NCBI GenBank assembly: GCA_038228545.1 | Contig: JBBRPE010000003.1 | Span: forward strand, 64,442 to 128,441 | Direction: 5' to 3' | DNA from: Minisyncoccia bacterium | GTDB taxonomy: Bacteria; Patescibacteriota; Minisyncoccia; Phycocordibacterales; Phycocordibacteraceae | Length of the DNA stretch: 64,000 nucleotides | Shown: in pieces, positions 47,264 to 56,364 of the stretch | Layout: each line of letters begins with the position of its first letter | Numbering within the stretch: position 1 is the first letter of the stretch | The notes under the pieces: model-generated | Told to the model about the DNA's origin: nothing | What the model saw: only the letters and a program-made list of their open reading frames with translations | Database searches by the model: none | Program-made: the position numbers and the translations under genes

Positions 47264-47381
47264 AGGTCGAGGCGAGTCAGGGCGAGTATAGCGCACTTTC
47301 GTGAACAGGCTTTAGTAAAGTGTATAATCGCCGAATCCACGTATACCAGTGCTACTATTTCTTCCTAGGGAGGAAGAAAAT

Positions 47382-47486
47382 ATGCAGCAATTGCTCGAAC
47401 TGCCGTGGCAGGTCTACGTCTTTGGAGGATTCTCTCTCGCCATATGCTTCGTGATTTTCATGAAGAATTTCGGCGTCAAACGATGA
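47382..47486 (+). CDS. Small membrane peptide, 34 aa (not in ORF track)
   Basis: MQQLLELPWQVYVFGGFSLAICFVIFMKNFGVKR; SD GGGAGG; GC hairpin downstream. Confidence 0.5.
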   Translation: MQQLLELPWQVYVFGGFSLAICFVIFMKNFGVKR

Positions 47487-47573
47487 GTGCAACACCACTG
47501 CCGCGCCGTCCCCTCTTGGAGACGGCGCGCACACGTTCTCGCGATTACCTCCTAAATACGCTATAACTGAGCT

Positions 47574-48443
47574 ATGGAACGAACCATTGTCTTCTACCAC
47601 GCAAACTGCCCAGATGGCTTCGGAGGCGCGTATTCTGCCTGGAAGAAGTTTGGTGACACCGCTCAATACTGCCCGCTTTCGTACGGTAAACCCATTCCGG
47701 AGAACCTCGATGGCGCACACCTCTTTTTCATAGATTTCTGCTACGACCAAGAAGTAATGGACAGTATCAAGGCTGTTGCAGGCTCACTCACCGTGCTCGA
47801 CCATCACGAGGGTGTTGAGGAAGTGACACGCAGCATGCCGGAATTTGTGTACGATGTTAATCGTTCCGGTGCTTCTATAGCCTGGGCATATTTCCATCCC
47901 GACGTACCGCTTCCCACTCTCCTTACTCTTATCGAAGACGACGACCTCTTCCGCTTCAAACTTCCGGACACGAAAGCGATGTTGGCATATATTGCCGTAA
48001 AGCCATTCACGTTTGAATTCTGGGATGAACTCGCGCAAGTCCTCGACGATCCGGAGCAAAAAGAAAAAATGCTAGAAAAAGTTCGCGCCTACCGCGAGTA
48101 CTTTGATTTACTCGTCGAGCAAAGTGTGGAGCGTGCCAAACTTCTGCAGTTTGAGGATTACCAGATACTTGCCGGTGTTACGCATCCCATGAAGCCAATG
48201 GTATCGGCTCTTGGAAATGCACTTGCGAAGAAGCAGGGACCGTTCGCATTCGTTCTCCAAGTACGCGAAGAAGGTATTGCGGTCTCGGTACGTGGCGACG
48301 GCTCCATTGATTTGGCTGCACTCACGCAAAAATACGGAGGTAATGGTCATCACGACTCCGCTGCGTTCTTCGTGCCATGGGGCGCTCCCCTTCCATGGAC
48401 ACCCGTACCAAAAGAAGACGAACATGAAAGTCCTCGCAATTGA
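47574..48443 (+). CDS. DHH/DHHA1 phosphoesterase (nanoRNase B-like)
   Basis: YHANCPDG, IDF, LDHH, RSGA, YGGNGH. Confidence 0.85.
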   Translation: MERTIVFYHANCPDGFGGAYSAWKKFGDTAQYCPLSYGKPIPENLDGAHLFFIDFCYDQEVMDSIKAVAGSLTVLDHHEGVEEVTRSMPEFVYDVNRSGASIAWAYFHPDVPLPTLLTLIEDDDLFRFKLPDTKAMLAYIAVKPFTFEFWDELAQVLDDPEQKEKMLEKVRAYREYFDLLVEQSVERAKLLQFEDYQILAGVTHPMKPMVSALGNALAKKQGPFAFVLQVREEGIAVSVRGDGSIDLAALTQKYGGNGHHDSAAFFVPWGAPLPWTPVPKEDEHESPRN

Positions 48444-49599
48444 GACATCGTGCGATGAAACTGCAGTAGCTATTCTCGAAGCCACCGGCGACGAGTCGTC
48501 GGCAACCTTTACCATTCTCGGTAACGCACTTATTTCACAGATAGACATACACCGCGAATACGGCGGGGTATTCCCCGCCGTCGCAAAACGCGAGCACGCA
48601 AAAAATCTCGTACCGCTTCTTGAGAATGCCCTCGCAGAAGCAGAGCTTCTTGTTGAGACTACTCAAGCAATCCCGACTGAACTGCACGATGAGCTCGCCG
48701 TACTCCTTGAGCGCGAGCCGGAATTATCGAGCGCTTTTCTTGCTCGCCTCGCACAAATAGAACGCCCAGCACTAGACGCGATAGCCGTGACGGCAGGCCC
48801 GGGACTCGAGCCAGCACTCTGGGTTGGCATCAACTTTGCGAAAGCGCTCGCACGTATATGGAATCTTCCGCTTGTTGCGGTAAACCACATGGAAGGTCAT
48901 GCGCTTTCTGCACTTGCCGTACAAGAAGGTAATCAGCTCACCATACACGCAACGAAACTACCACTCTTAGCGCTTCTCATTTCCGGCGGACATACGGAGA
49001 TTCTTCTGATGAAAGAGTGGCTTTCGTATGAAATGATCGGCCAGACCAAAGACGACGCAGTTGGTGAGGCATTTGATAAAGTAGCCCGCATGATGGGTCT
49101 GCCCTATCCGGGTGGTCCTGAGATAGACCGACTCGCAGCACTCGACCGTGAAGATTTTTCTACCGCACCCTTCAAGCTCCCACGTCCCATGCTGCATGAC
49201 GCGAGTTGTGATTTTTCATTCAGTGGCCTTAAGACTGCAGTGCTCTATATCATCAAAGACCTGGGCGAACTAACCGGTACACAGAAGGAACAGATGGCTC
49301 GAGAATTCGAGGACGCGGTCACAGAAGTACTCTGGGCCAAGACCGCTCGCGCGCTCGAAGAAACCGGAGCCAAAACTCTCGTGATAGGTGGTGGAGTCTC
49401 AGCGAATCGCCACATTCAGGAAACCTTCGCGCAAAATATCGAAAAGGATTTTGGAGACGTCACACTGCACATCCCGTCCCGAGAGCTTTCAACAGATAAC
49501 GCGATAATGATTGGCATCGCCGGCTATTACCGCGCCCTACAGAAAGACTTTGCCGACCCTGCCACCTTACGTGCTAATGGCAATCAAAGTCTCGCATAG
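48424..49599 (+). CDS. tsaD: tRNA t6A threonylcarbamoyltransferase
   Basis: LAIETSCDET, NHMEGH, SGGHT, GEAFDK, TDNA. Confidence 0.95.
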   Translation: MKVLAIETSCDETAVAILEATGDESSATFTILGNALISQIDIHREYGGVFPAVAKREHAKNLVPLLENALAEAELLVETTQAIPTELHDELAVLLEREPELSSAFLARLAQIERPALDAIAVTAGPGLEPALWVGINFAKALARIWNLPLVAVNHMEGHALSALAVQEGNQLTIHATKLPLLALLISGGHTEILLMKEWLSYEMIGQTKDDAVGEAFDKVARMMGLPYPGGPEIDRLAALDREDFSTAPFKLPRPMLHDASCDFSFSGLKTAVLYIIKDLGELTGTQKEQMAREFEDAVTEVLWAKTARALEETGAKTLVIGGGVSANRHIQETFAQNIEKDFGDVTLHIPSRELSTDNAIMIGIAGYYRALQKDFADPATLRANGNQSLA

Positions 49600-49640
49600 G
49601 CCCTCGCTCGAGTCCCGTTTTCTGCTATATTCAGAGAATA

Positions 49641-51815
49641 ATGGACGAGAAATTCAAGAAGCCGTACGACCCAAGCGCTACCGAGACGCGCATCTACGAG
49701 GCCTGGGAAAAAAGCGGTTATTTTAATCCGGATAACCTTCCGGGCCCTAGAAACGAGACTTTCACCGTGGCACTCCCGCCACCAAACGTGACCGGTATTC
49801 TCCACTTAGGCCATGCGTATGAAGATTCTCTTCAGGACGCAGTCGTGCGGTACATGCGTATGCAAGGCAAGAAAGTGCTCTGGGTTCCAGGAGCGGACTC
49901 GGCAGCCATTGCTACCCAAGCGCGCGTGGAGAAGAATATTCAAAAAGATGAAGGTAAGAGCCGTCATGACATTGGGCGCGAGGAGCTCGTGAAGCGCGTT
50001 GGGGAGTTTGCGAAGAACAGTGAGAGCTCAATCCTTTCGCAGGTACGACGTATGGGCGCGTCGCTCGATTGGTCGCGCTACGCATATACTCTCGATGACA
50101 AACGTACCAGCGCAGTACTGACTGCGTTCGTACGCATGTACGAAGCGGGTTTGATTTATCGAGGCAATCGTATCGTGAACTGGGACCCAAAGGGCCAGAC
50201 AACTATCTCTGACGACGAAATAGTCCACGAGGAGCGAAAGTCAAAACTCTACACCTTCCTGTACAGTAAGGACTTCCCTATTCCAGTCGCTACAACTCGT
50301 CTTGAAACAAAAGTTGGCGATGTTGCCGTTGCGGTGCATCCAGACGATGTCCGGTATAAGGAATTCGTCGGCAAAGAATTTAAACTCACCTTCTGTGAGA
50401 CACCGCTCTCTATCCGAGTTATCGCTGACAAGGAAGTAGACCCTGAATACGGCACAGGCGCGCTCGGTGTTACCCCCGCTCACAGCATCATCGACTGGGA
50501 AATGGCAGAACGCCATAATCTACCCAAGGACAAAATCGTCATAAACGAATACGCCAAGATGAGCGTCGAAGGACCCCTCAACGGTCTCAAGGCAGTTGAT
50601 GCACGCGAGAAAGTCGCGGAGTGGCTCCGTGAGCAAGGTCTTATGGAGAAGGAAGAAGAGGTCACACAGAACGTGGCGACTGCAGAACGCACGGGCGGCA
50701 TCATCGAACCGTTACCTAAATTGCAGTGGTTTATAGGCGTAGATAGGGTATTCACCATTCCCCATTCCGAGATTCCTGGAATTGAATCCGGAAGTGAGAC
50801 AACACTCAAAACTATTATGCGCACCGCAGTTGAGAGCGGAGAAGTCTCTATGCCACAGGAAAACTTCCGTAAGGTATACATGAATTGGATTAGTAACCTT
50901 CACGATTGGTGCATTAGTCGCCAGATTTGGTTTGGTCACCGTATCCCTGTTTGGTATAAGGGTGACGAAATTTTTTGCGGATTAGAAGCTCCTGGGGGAA
51001 CAAATTGGGAACAAGACCCGGATGTACTTGATACCTGGTTCTCATCTGCACTCTGGACTTTTTCAACACTCGGGTGGCCAGAGAAAACACTCGACCTCAA
51101 GGAATTCCATCCAACTTCATTCATGTCGCCAGCGTACGAAATTCTTACGCTCTGGGTATCCCGCATGGTTCTTATGTCCGGATTTCACCTTGGCCAAGTA
51201 CCATTCCGCACTGTCATGATTCACGGCCTCGTGCGTGATAAACAGGGACGAAAATTCAGTAAATCACTTGGTAACGGAGCGGACCCTATCGACACGATTG
51301 ATAAGTACGGGACCGACGCACTTCGCATGGGTCTTCTTGTCGGCACAGCTATCGGAAACGATATCCGTTTCGATGAAGACAAGGTAAAGGGCTACAAGCA
51401 TTTCGCAAATAAGCTCTGGAACATCACTCGTTTCATTCTTGAAAGTACGGAAGGTGCAGACCCACATATGTCACTCAATGAGACGGACCAAGCGCTCATC
51501 GCTGAGCTCGATGCGATTGTTGTAGACGTAACTCTCGATATGGAGAATTACCGCATCTACATGGCGGCCGAGAAGCTCTACCACTATGCTTGGGACAGAC
51601 TTGCAGCAGAACTTATTGAAGATTCAAAACCGATACTACTCGGAACAGACGAAACGGCGAAAGCTTCTCGCCAGGCAGTTCTTCTCGTATTGCTTTCTAC
51701 GACCATAAAGCTGTTGCATCCGTTCATGCCGTTTGTGACAGAAGAAATATATCAATCGCTCCCCGGAAAGTCTTCCGATTTTCTTATGGTCGAGAAGTGG
51801 CCAACGAATTCATAG
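49641..51815 (+). CDS. valS: Valine-tRNA ligase, lacking the C-terminal coiled-coil arm
   Basis: PPPNVTGILHLGH, WCISRQIWFGH, DVLDTWFSS, KFSKS. Confidence 0.95.
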   Translation: MDEKFKKPYDPSATETRIYEAWEKSGYFNPDNLPGPRNETFTVALPPPNVTGILHLGHAYEDSLQDAVVRYMRMQGKKVLWVPGADSAAIATQARVEKNIQKDEGKSRHDIGREELVKRVGEFAKNSESSILSQVRRMGASLDWSRYAYTLDDKRTSAVLTAFVRMYEAGLIYRGNRIVNWDPKGQTTISDDEIVHEERKSKLYTFLYSKDFPIPVATTRLETKVGDVAVAVHPDDVRYKEFVGKEFKLTFCETPLSIRVIADKEVDPEYGTGALGVTPAHSIIDWEMAERHNLPKDKIVINEYAKMSVEGPLNGLKAVDAREKVAEWLREQGLMEKEEEVTQNVATAERTGGIIEPLPKLQWFIGVDRVFTIPHSEIPGIESGSETTLKTIMRTAVESGEVSMPQENFRKVYMNWISNLHDWCISRQIWFGHRIPVWYKGDEIFCGLEAPGGTNWEQDPDVLDTWFSSALWTFSTLGWPEKTLDLKEFHPTSFMSPAYEILTLWVSRMVLMSGFHLGQVPFRTVMIHGLVRDKQGRKFSKSLGNGADPIDTIDKYGTDALRMGLLVGTAIGNDIRFDEDKVKGYKHFANKLWNITRFILESTEGADPHMSLNETDQALIAELDAIVVDVTLDMENYRIYMAAEKLYHYAWDRLAAELIEDSKPILLGTDETAKASRQAVLLVLLSTTIKLLHPFMPFVTEEIYQSLPGKSSDFLMVEKWPTNS

Positions 51816-51827
51816 TAAGATGAAGGC

Positions 51828-52553
51828 ATGACCTTCCCTTTCATGACGCTCGGGTATTCGTTCCTGGGTGGAGTTCTTCCTGCAATGATATGGCTGTACT
51901 TTCTTCTGAAAGAAGACTCGCGTTGTCCGGAACCTCGTCACATGATTATCATCGCGGTACTCGCCGGCATGATTGCCGTTCCACTCGTACTTCCGCTTGA
52001 GCATATTGCAATCATTACCCTTCCGAAGGCAGACCCAGGGCCAGGCACATCCGTACTTATCGCATGGGCAACCATAGAAGAGACTGCAAAGTACGCTCTC
52101 GCGGCCATTCTCGTTCTCTGGCGACGTTGGGTAAACGAGTCCGTCGACTTTGTTATTTACATGATTACCGTAGCGCTGGGCTTTGCGGCTATTGAGAACA
52201 TGCTCTTTCTTATTCAGCCGCTTGCACAAGGACACATTGCAGCAAGCATCGCAACGGAGAATCTCCGCTTTGTCGGCTCAACACTAGTGCACGTCATTTC
52301 GTCGGCAGCAGTCGGATTCGCACTCGCGTTTTCCTTCAAACTCAATCGAACACTCAGAGCTTTTGCTGCTGCGGCAGGACTTGTCCTTGCTATCGCATTG
52401 CACAGCCTATTCAACTTCCTTATAATTATGCGAGATGGCTCACACACATTGCTCGCGTTTTTCATCGTGTGGACTGGAGCTGTCGTCTTCCTCGCACTCT
52501 TCGAGATACTGAAATACTTTCGGTATCGTAAATTACCAAAAAATACCTGCTAG
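51828..52553 (+). CDS. PrsW-family intramembrane protease
   Basis: IEETAK, GFAAIEN, conserved His, HSLFN motifs. Confidence 0.88.
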   Translation: MTFPFMTLGYSFLGGVLPAMIWLYFLLKEDSRCPEPRHMIIIAVLAGMIAVPLVLPLEHIAIITLPKADPGPGTSVLIAWATIEETAKYALAAILVLWRRWVNESVDFVIYMITVALGFAAIENMLFLIQPLAQGHIAASIATENLRFVGSTLVHVISSAAVGFALAFSFKLNRTLRAFAAAAGLVLAIALHSLFNFLIIMRDGSHTLLAFFIVWTGAVVFLALFEILKYFRYRKLPKNTC

Positions 52554-52562
52554 ACTACGCGT

Positions 52563-53066
52563 ATGCCTCCAAAAAAGCGTTCCTTCTTCGATAGACTCTC
52601 CGGCGCACTTCCAGCCGACGACTACGAGGCGTTCGAAGACGATGTGCCTATGACACAATCTCCTACACGGAAGATTATTCCGAATGCGGGCGTAAGCACA
52701 CCTATACAGGTGCATCACGAAGAGGAGGTCGAAGCTGAGGGACAGCTTCCGGTGGACGTGTACCAAACACAAAACGAAATCGTCATCCGCGCATTCGTAG
52801 CAGGTGTTCGCGCTGACGAACTTAATGTTTCTATCAGCCGCGACATGGTGGAGATTGAAGGCTCTCGTGAAGAGCGCGATCAGGTTTCAGTCCCTGATTA
52901 CTTCAGCCAGGAACTTTTCTGGGGCTCTTTTGCACGAACCATTCTCCTTCCCCAGGAGATAGACGTCGATGCTTCGACCGCAGGAGCTAAGGACGGTCTT
53001 TTGACACTCGTTCTTCCGAAACTGGATAAGACCCGCCAGACCAAGCTTCGCGTCAAAGCAGGCTAG
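52563..53066 (+). CDS. Hsp20 small heat-shock protein
   Basis: VDVYQT, WGSFARTILLP, DGLLTLVLPK. Confidence 0.9.
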   Translation: MPPKKRSFFDRLSGALPADDYEAFEDDVPMTQSPTRKIIPNAGVSTPIQVHHEEEVEAEGQLPVDVYQTQNEIVIRAFVAGVRADELNVSISRDMVEIEGSREERDQVSVPDYFSQELFWGSFARTILLPQEIDVDASTAGAKDGLLTLVLPKLDKTRQTKLRVKAG

Positions 53067-53194
53067 CAATTCACGCAGTCCACATGTCCTGTGCTGAAAG
53101 TTTGTAGCTTTCATTAAAAGTACTTTTACGTACGACTTTTCCGAGTTTGCTCATCGCCTTGTGCTGAAAATCCGCGGTGCTTCCTAAGAAAGTG

Positions 53195-54280
53195 TTAGCG
53201 AATTTCTTCCCGTATGAGCGGTGGGCTGTCGACGTCCACTAACGTAAAGTACAGACGTCCAATTATCTGATGATCAATTGTTTCTATGGTCACGCGCCAT
53301 TTTCCTGCTTGTGGATTAGCAGTTTCTGAATAGCCACGATACCCTCCATCGCGTCCGCCCGCTATATGAAATGTAATGCGATTCCATTCACGCCATTTCT
53401 TTGTGCTTACGTCATAGTAGTCCCATACATGTACAACGCTCGTACCGAAATTAAAGGGAGCGGAGACTGAGGTAAAGACATACAGGGCTGTGCCAGGTAC
53501 ATGATGTATGACTTGATTGCGTAGGTTCCACCACGCTTTAGTGTCTTCAAGCGTGACGACATAGCCACCATCGCGATGTGTTACTGAATGATAGACACCC
53601 GCTTCCGGGAGCGTGAGTGGTATGGGAGGAATAAGCCCTGTGAAATAAAAGATGTTCATTGCTGAGATGATGACCACAACTCCAGGAATGACATAGCGGA
53701 GACTTGCGAAGAAGCCGGTACGCTGGATGCGAAACAGGATGTATAAGAACAGAATAAATCCAACTATGCTTACAGCCGTAGAAGCAAGAAATATGAACGG
53801 TCCAAGCTGATGTAGGAAAAGTGGGAGCGCGAATATTGCATAGGCGTAGATACCGAAGAACAACAGTACTGCCTGGAATGCGAGATATTTATAGTAGGTA
53901 CGAAAATATTCGTTCCCGATAAACACGAGAGCAAGCAACAGCAGGAACGGCCATGACACCACAGCCGAAGCGCTCTTCGCATAGAAAATAAGGCAACCTG
54001 AGAGCAGACTGCCGATAGCGTACTGTGCGCCGAGCGGAAACACTATTGAAAGTGTCCGACGCCACAGCGTCGCGTGTTCACGCGCACCCGCAAACAGATG
54101 ACTTCCGAGTGTACAGACCACGGCGATAACGAGGTAGCCAATGAATGCAAGATTCACGAGCGACACAGACAGTACTGCAAACGTGAACAGGTCCGTTATA
54201 AACCCAAAGACGAAGAGTACTGCTCCGAGATGGCGCTCGTTCCGCTGTGCCCACGCGAGAACACGCTTTAAGATTTCCAT
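53195..54280 (-). CDS. DUF2914-like membrane protein
   Basis: Multi-TM N-terminus; C-terminal GGRDGGYRGYS...GKWRV; start taken at MEILK. Confidence 0.75.
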   Translation of the reverse strand: MEILKRVLAWAQRNERHLGAVLFVFGFITDLFTFAVLSVSLVNLAFIGYLVIAVVCTLGSHLFAGAREHATLWRRTLSIVFPLGAQYAIGSLLSGCLIFYAKSASAVVSWPFLLLLALVFIGNEYFRTYYKYLAFQAVLLFFGIYAYAIFALPLFLHQLGPFIFLASTAVSIVGFILFLYILFRIQRTGFFASLRYVIPGVVVIISAMNIFYFTGLIPPIPLTLPEAGVYHSVTHRDGGYVVTLEDTKAWWNLRNQVIHHVPGTALYVFTSVSAPFNFGTSVVHVWDYYDVSTKKWREWNRITFHIAGGRDGGYRGYSETANPQAGKWRVTIETIDHQIIGRLYFTLVDVDSPPLIREEIR

Positions 54281-54282
54281 AC

Positions 54283-54358
54283 TGGTGCTTGGGACCGGGG
54301 TCGAACCGGTGACCCTTCCCTCTTCAGGGGAATGCTCTACCAACTGAGCTACCCAAGC
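54283..54358 (-). tRNA. tRNA-Phe(GAA), CCA encoded
   Basis: GCTTGGG...CCCAAGC-ACCA, loop CTGAAGA. Confidence 0.95.
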
Positions 54359-54439
54359 ATGTATGCCCCTAGGGCAACGAACTAGGCCATAGTAGCGTAA
54401 AAACCGCCCTTGTGGAAGGCGGTTTTTACGCTAGGAATT

Positions 54440-54778
54440 CTATTTCTGTCCGGCCCTATAGATGTCTATGAACTTCTGAATCTGTGCGGCTGATGGCAGT
54501 CCGAGGAGGCGTTCTTCTGGAGTTGTTGGGCTAACTTTTACGGCACCTCCACTAAGTGCAGACATGAGCGGCCCGAAGTACGAGCTGAGGAAGAATATCG
54601 GCACACCAAGAACAATCAGCCACACGAGTACCTTCAGCACAAAGCCAATCAGCGCATTGCGCTCCATGCGCTTCAATATCTTATGGTTCTGCTTCGCGAC
54701 CTCAAGATTCTGTTTGAGCAAATCTTCAAGGTGCCCGTAGGGCATGCCTCCCGAAACCGGTTGTGGAGGCGTATCCAT
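54440..54778 (-). CDS. Hypothetical single-TM protein
   Basis: ORF coupled to the DoxX gene. Confidence 0.65.
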   Translation of the reverse strand: MDTPPQPVSGGMPYGHLEDLLKQNLEVAKQNHKILKRMERNALIGFVLKVLVWLIVLGVPIFFLSSYFGPLMSALSGGAVKVSPTTPEERLLGLPSAAQIQKFIDIYRAGQK

Positions 54779-54780
54779 GA

Positions 54781-55233
54781 TTACGACTTGAGGACCGTGC
54801 ACGTACCTGCCTCACCGTTGCACAGCATGCCACCACAGTGTCTGCACTCCATCTTGTAGATTGAATACTTGCCGCTACCGGTAAGCATAATACCGAACGA
54901 AATGAGCATGAGTACGAACTCAAGACCGATGCCACGACCGAATCCAATGAGTAAAGTTGCAACGAGCATTTCAATACCGAACAGGAAACCGAAGATGCGT
55001 GTAGCAACACCTACGATGAGAGCAACTCCACCAATGACTTCAAGCCATGAGATGAAGTACACCAAGAGCGGTGCAATGCCGAAATGTCCGAGCATGGCGA
55101 CGGTACCACCGAGGTTTTGAACCTTCAGCCATCCATGGGTAAGGAAAATGATGCCGGCAGAAACACGAATAAGGAGAAGACCAAATGCCGGATTATAGAA
55201 AAAGCGACTGGTCTTGTTCACGAGTATTTTCAT
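54781..55233 (-). CDS. DoxX family membrane protein
   Basis: LLIR...FLTHGWLK, EVIGG, GSGKYSI. Confidence 0.88.
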   Translation of the reverse strand: MKILVNKTSRFFYNPAFGLLLIRVSAGIIFLTHGWLKVQNLGGTVAMLGHFGIAPLLVYFISWLEVIGGVALIVGVATRIFGFLFGIEMLVATLLIGFGRGIGLEFVLMLISFGIMLTGSGKYSIYKMECRHCGGMLCNGEAGTCTVLKS

Positions 55234-55317
55234 AGGTCTAACTAGACTGGTATAGCTCTAGTATATCAGCACGAAACCGCGCCAGAGGCGCGGTTTCGTG
55301 CTAGTCTCGGACTGTTA

Positions 55318-55389
55318 GCCTTCGTAGCTCAATGGATAGAGCATCTCACTCCTAACGAGACGATGTAGGTTCGATTCCTGCCGAAGGCA
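55318..55389 (+). tRNA. tRNA-Arg(CCT)
   Basis: GCCTTCG...CGAAGGC-A, loop CTCCTAA. Confidence 0.9.
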
Positions 55390-55393
55390 CTTG

Positions 55394-55663
55394 TTACTCA
55401 GCCGGAGTGGTGGAAGCGCCTCCCGTGATTCCAAGAAGAGATTCAAGGCGATTCTTGTCAAATCCGATAGTCATCTCGTCACCGACAAAAATTACCGGCA
55501 CGCCCATCTGACCGCTCTTCTCAATCATTTCCTGACGCTTCTCGGTATCGGTTGCTACGTTGTATTCCGTGTATTCGATGCCATTTGCCTTAAAAAGCTC
55601 CTTGCTCATCTGGCAGAAATGGCACGTTGGTGTTGTATAAATGCTAACTGTTTTCTGTTCCAT
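55394..55663 (-). CDS. Glutaredoxin-like (NrdH/YruB) protein
   Basis: YTTPTCHFC, SGQMGVPVI. Confidence 0.92.
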   Translation of the reverse strand: MEQKTVSIYTTPTCHFCQMSKELFKANGIEYTEYNVATDTEKRQEMIEKSGQMGVPVIFVGDEMTIGFDKNRLESLLGITGGASTTPAE

Positions 55664-55719
55664 ATACGATACGTAAATTTATGTCGTTGAATTATATCAT
55701 ATCTGTTCTGTGGATAACC

Positions 55720-55793
55720 TGGTGCGGATAGGGGGAATCGAACCCCCGCCCGGTGCTTGGGAAGCACCAGTTCTACCACTAAACTATATCCGC
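55720..55793 (-). tRNA. tRNA-Gly(CCC), CCA encoded
   Basis: GCGGATA...TATCCGC-ACCA, loop TTCCCAA. Confidence 0.95.
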
Positions 55794-55797
55794 TTTC

Positions 55798-56154
55798 TTA
55801 TAGGTGGAACCAGCCAAGTACCTTCCTCCACCAGGGGAGTACGGGCGTACTGGTCGCCACCTTCGGTGGCACCACGATAATAACGCTCTCGCCTGGCTTC
55901 GCAACGCCGTAGGTTTCTCGGAGCACTGCTTCCTGACCCCGCTCCGTATTCTGCTCAGCTAAATTTGTTTTCAGCGATACTTCGCGTGTCTGCAAACTGG
56001 CAAGCTCTGCCTTCGTGTCAGCAACTGCGTGACGAGCTATCTCCTCTTTTCGGATAATCCCGAACAAAAGCCAGAGTAACCACAGCACAAGGATAGTCAT
56101 CAGTCCCGCAATAACGTACTCACTCATTCTTCGTCTACTAACGCGTCGTGGCAT
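55798..56154 (-). CDS. Septum formation initiator FtsB/DivIC-like
   Basis: TM, coiled coil, EAVLRETYGVAKPGE. Confidence 0.75.
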   Translation of the reverse strand: MPRRVSRRRMSEYVIAGLMTILVLWLLWLLFGIIRKEEIARHAVADTKAELASLQTREVSLKTNLAEQNTERGQEAVLRETYGVAKPGESVIIVVPPKVATSTPVLPWWRKVLGWFHL

Positions 56155-56196
56155 GGCTCTCAGTATACCAACCCTCATCCTCCCTCGAGCGAGGGA

Positions 56197-56350
56197 GTGC
56201 GAAATAAAAGACTCTCTGGAAGCAGCCGTAGAATAGGAAGCCAGCGAGACGAGTCATCCGACCGAGTTCTTCGAGTGGCGGTGCGAGTCGATGGCTGGCG
56301 ACTTATTCTACGTGTCGCCCTGGAAGGCGAAGTTTTCTTTTATTTCGTAC
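56197..56350. repeat. Palindromic repeat family B, copy 2
   Basis: GTGCGAAATAAAAGA...TCTTTTATTTCGTAC; 14 nt from the lepA stop. Confidence 0.9.
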
Positions 56351-56364
56351 ACCCGAGCGACTTT

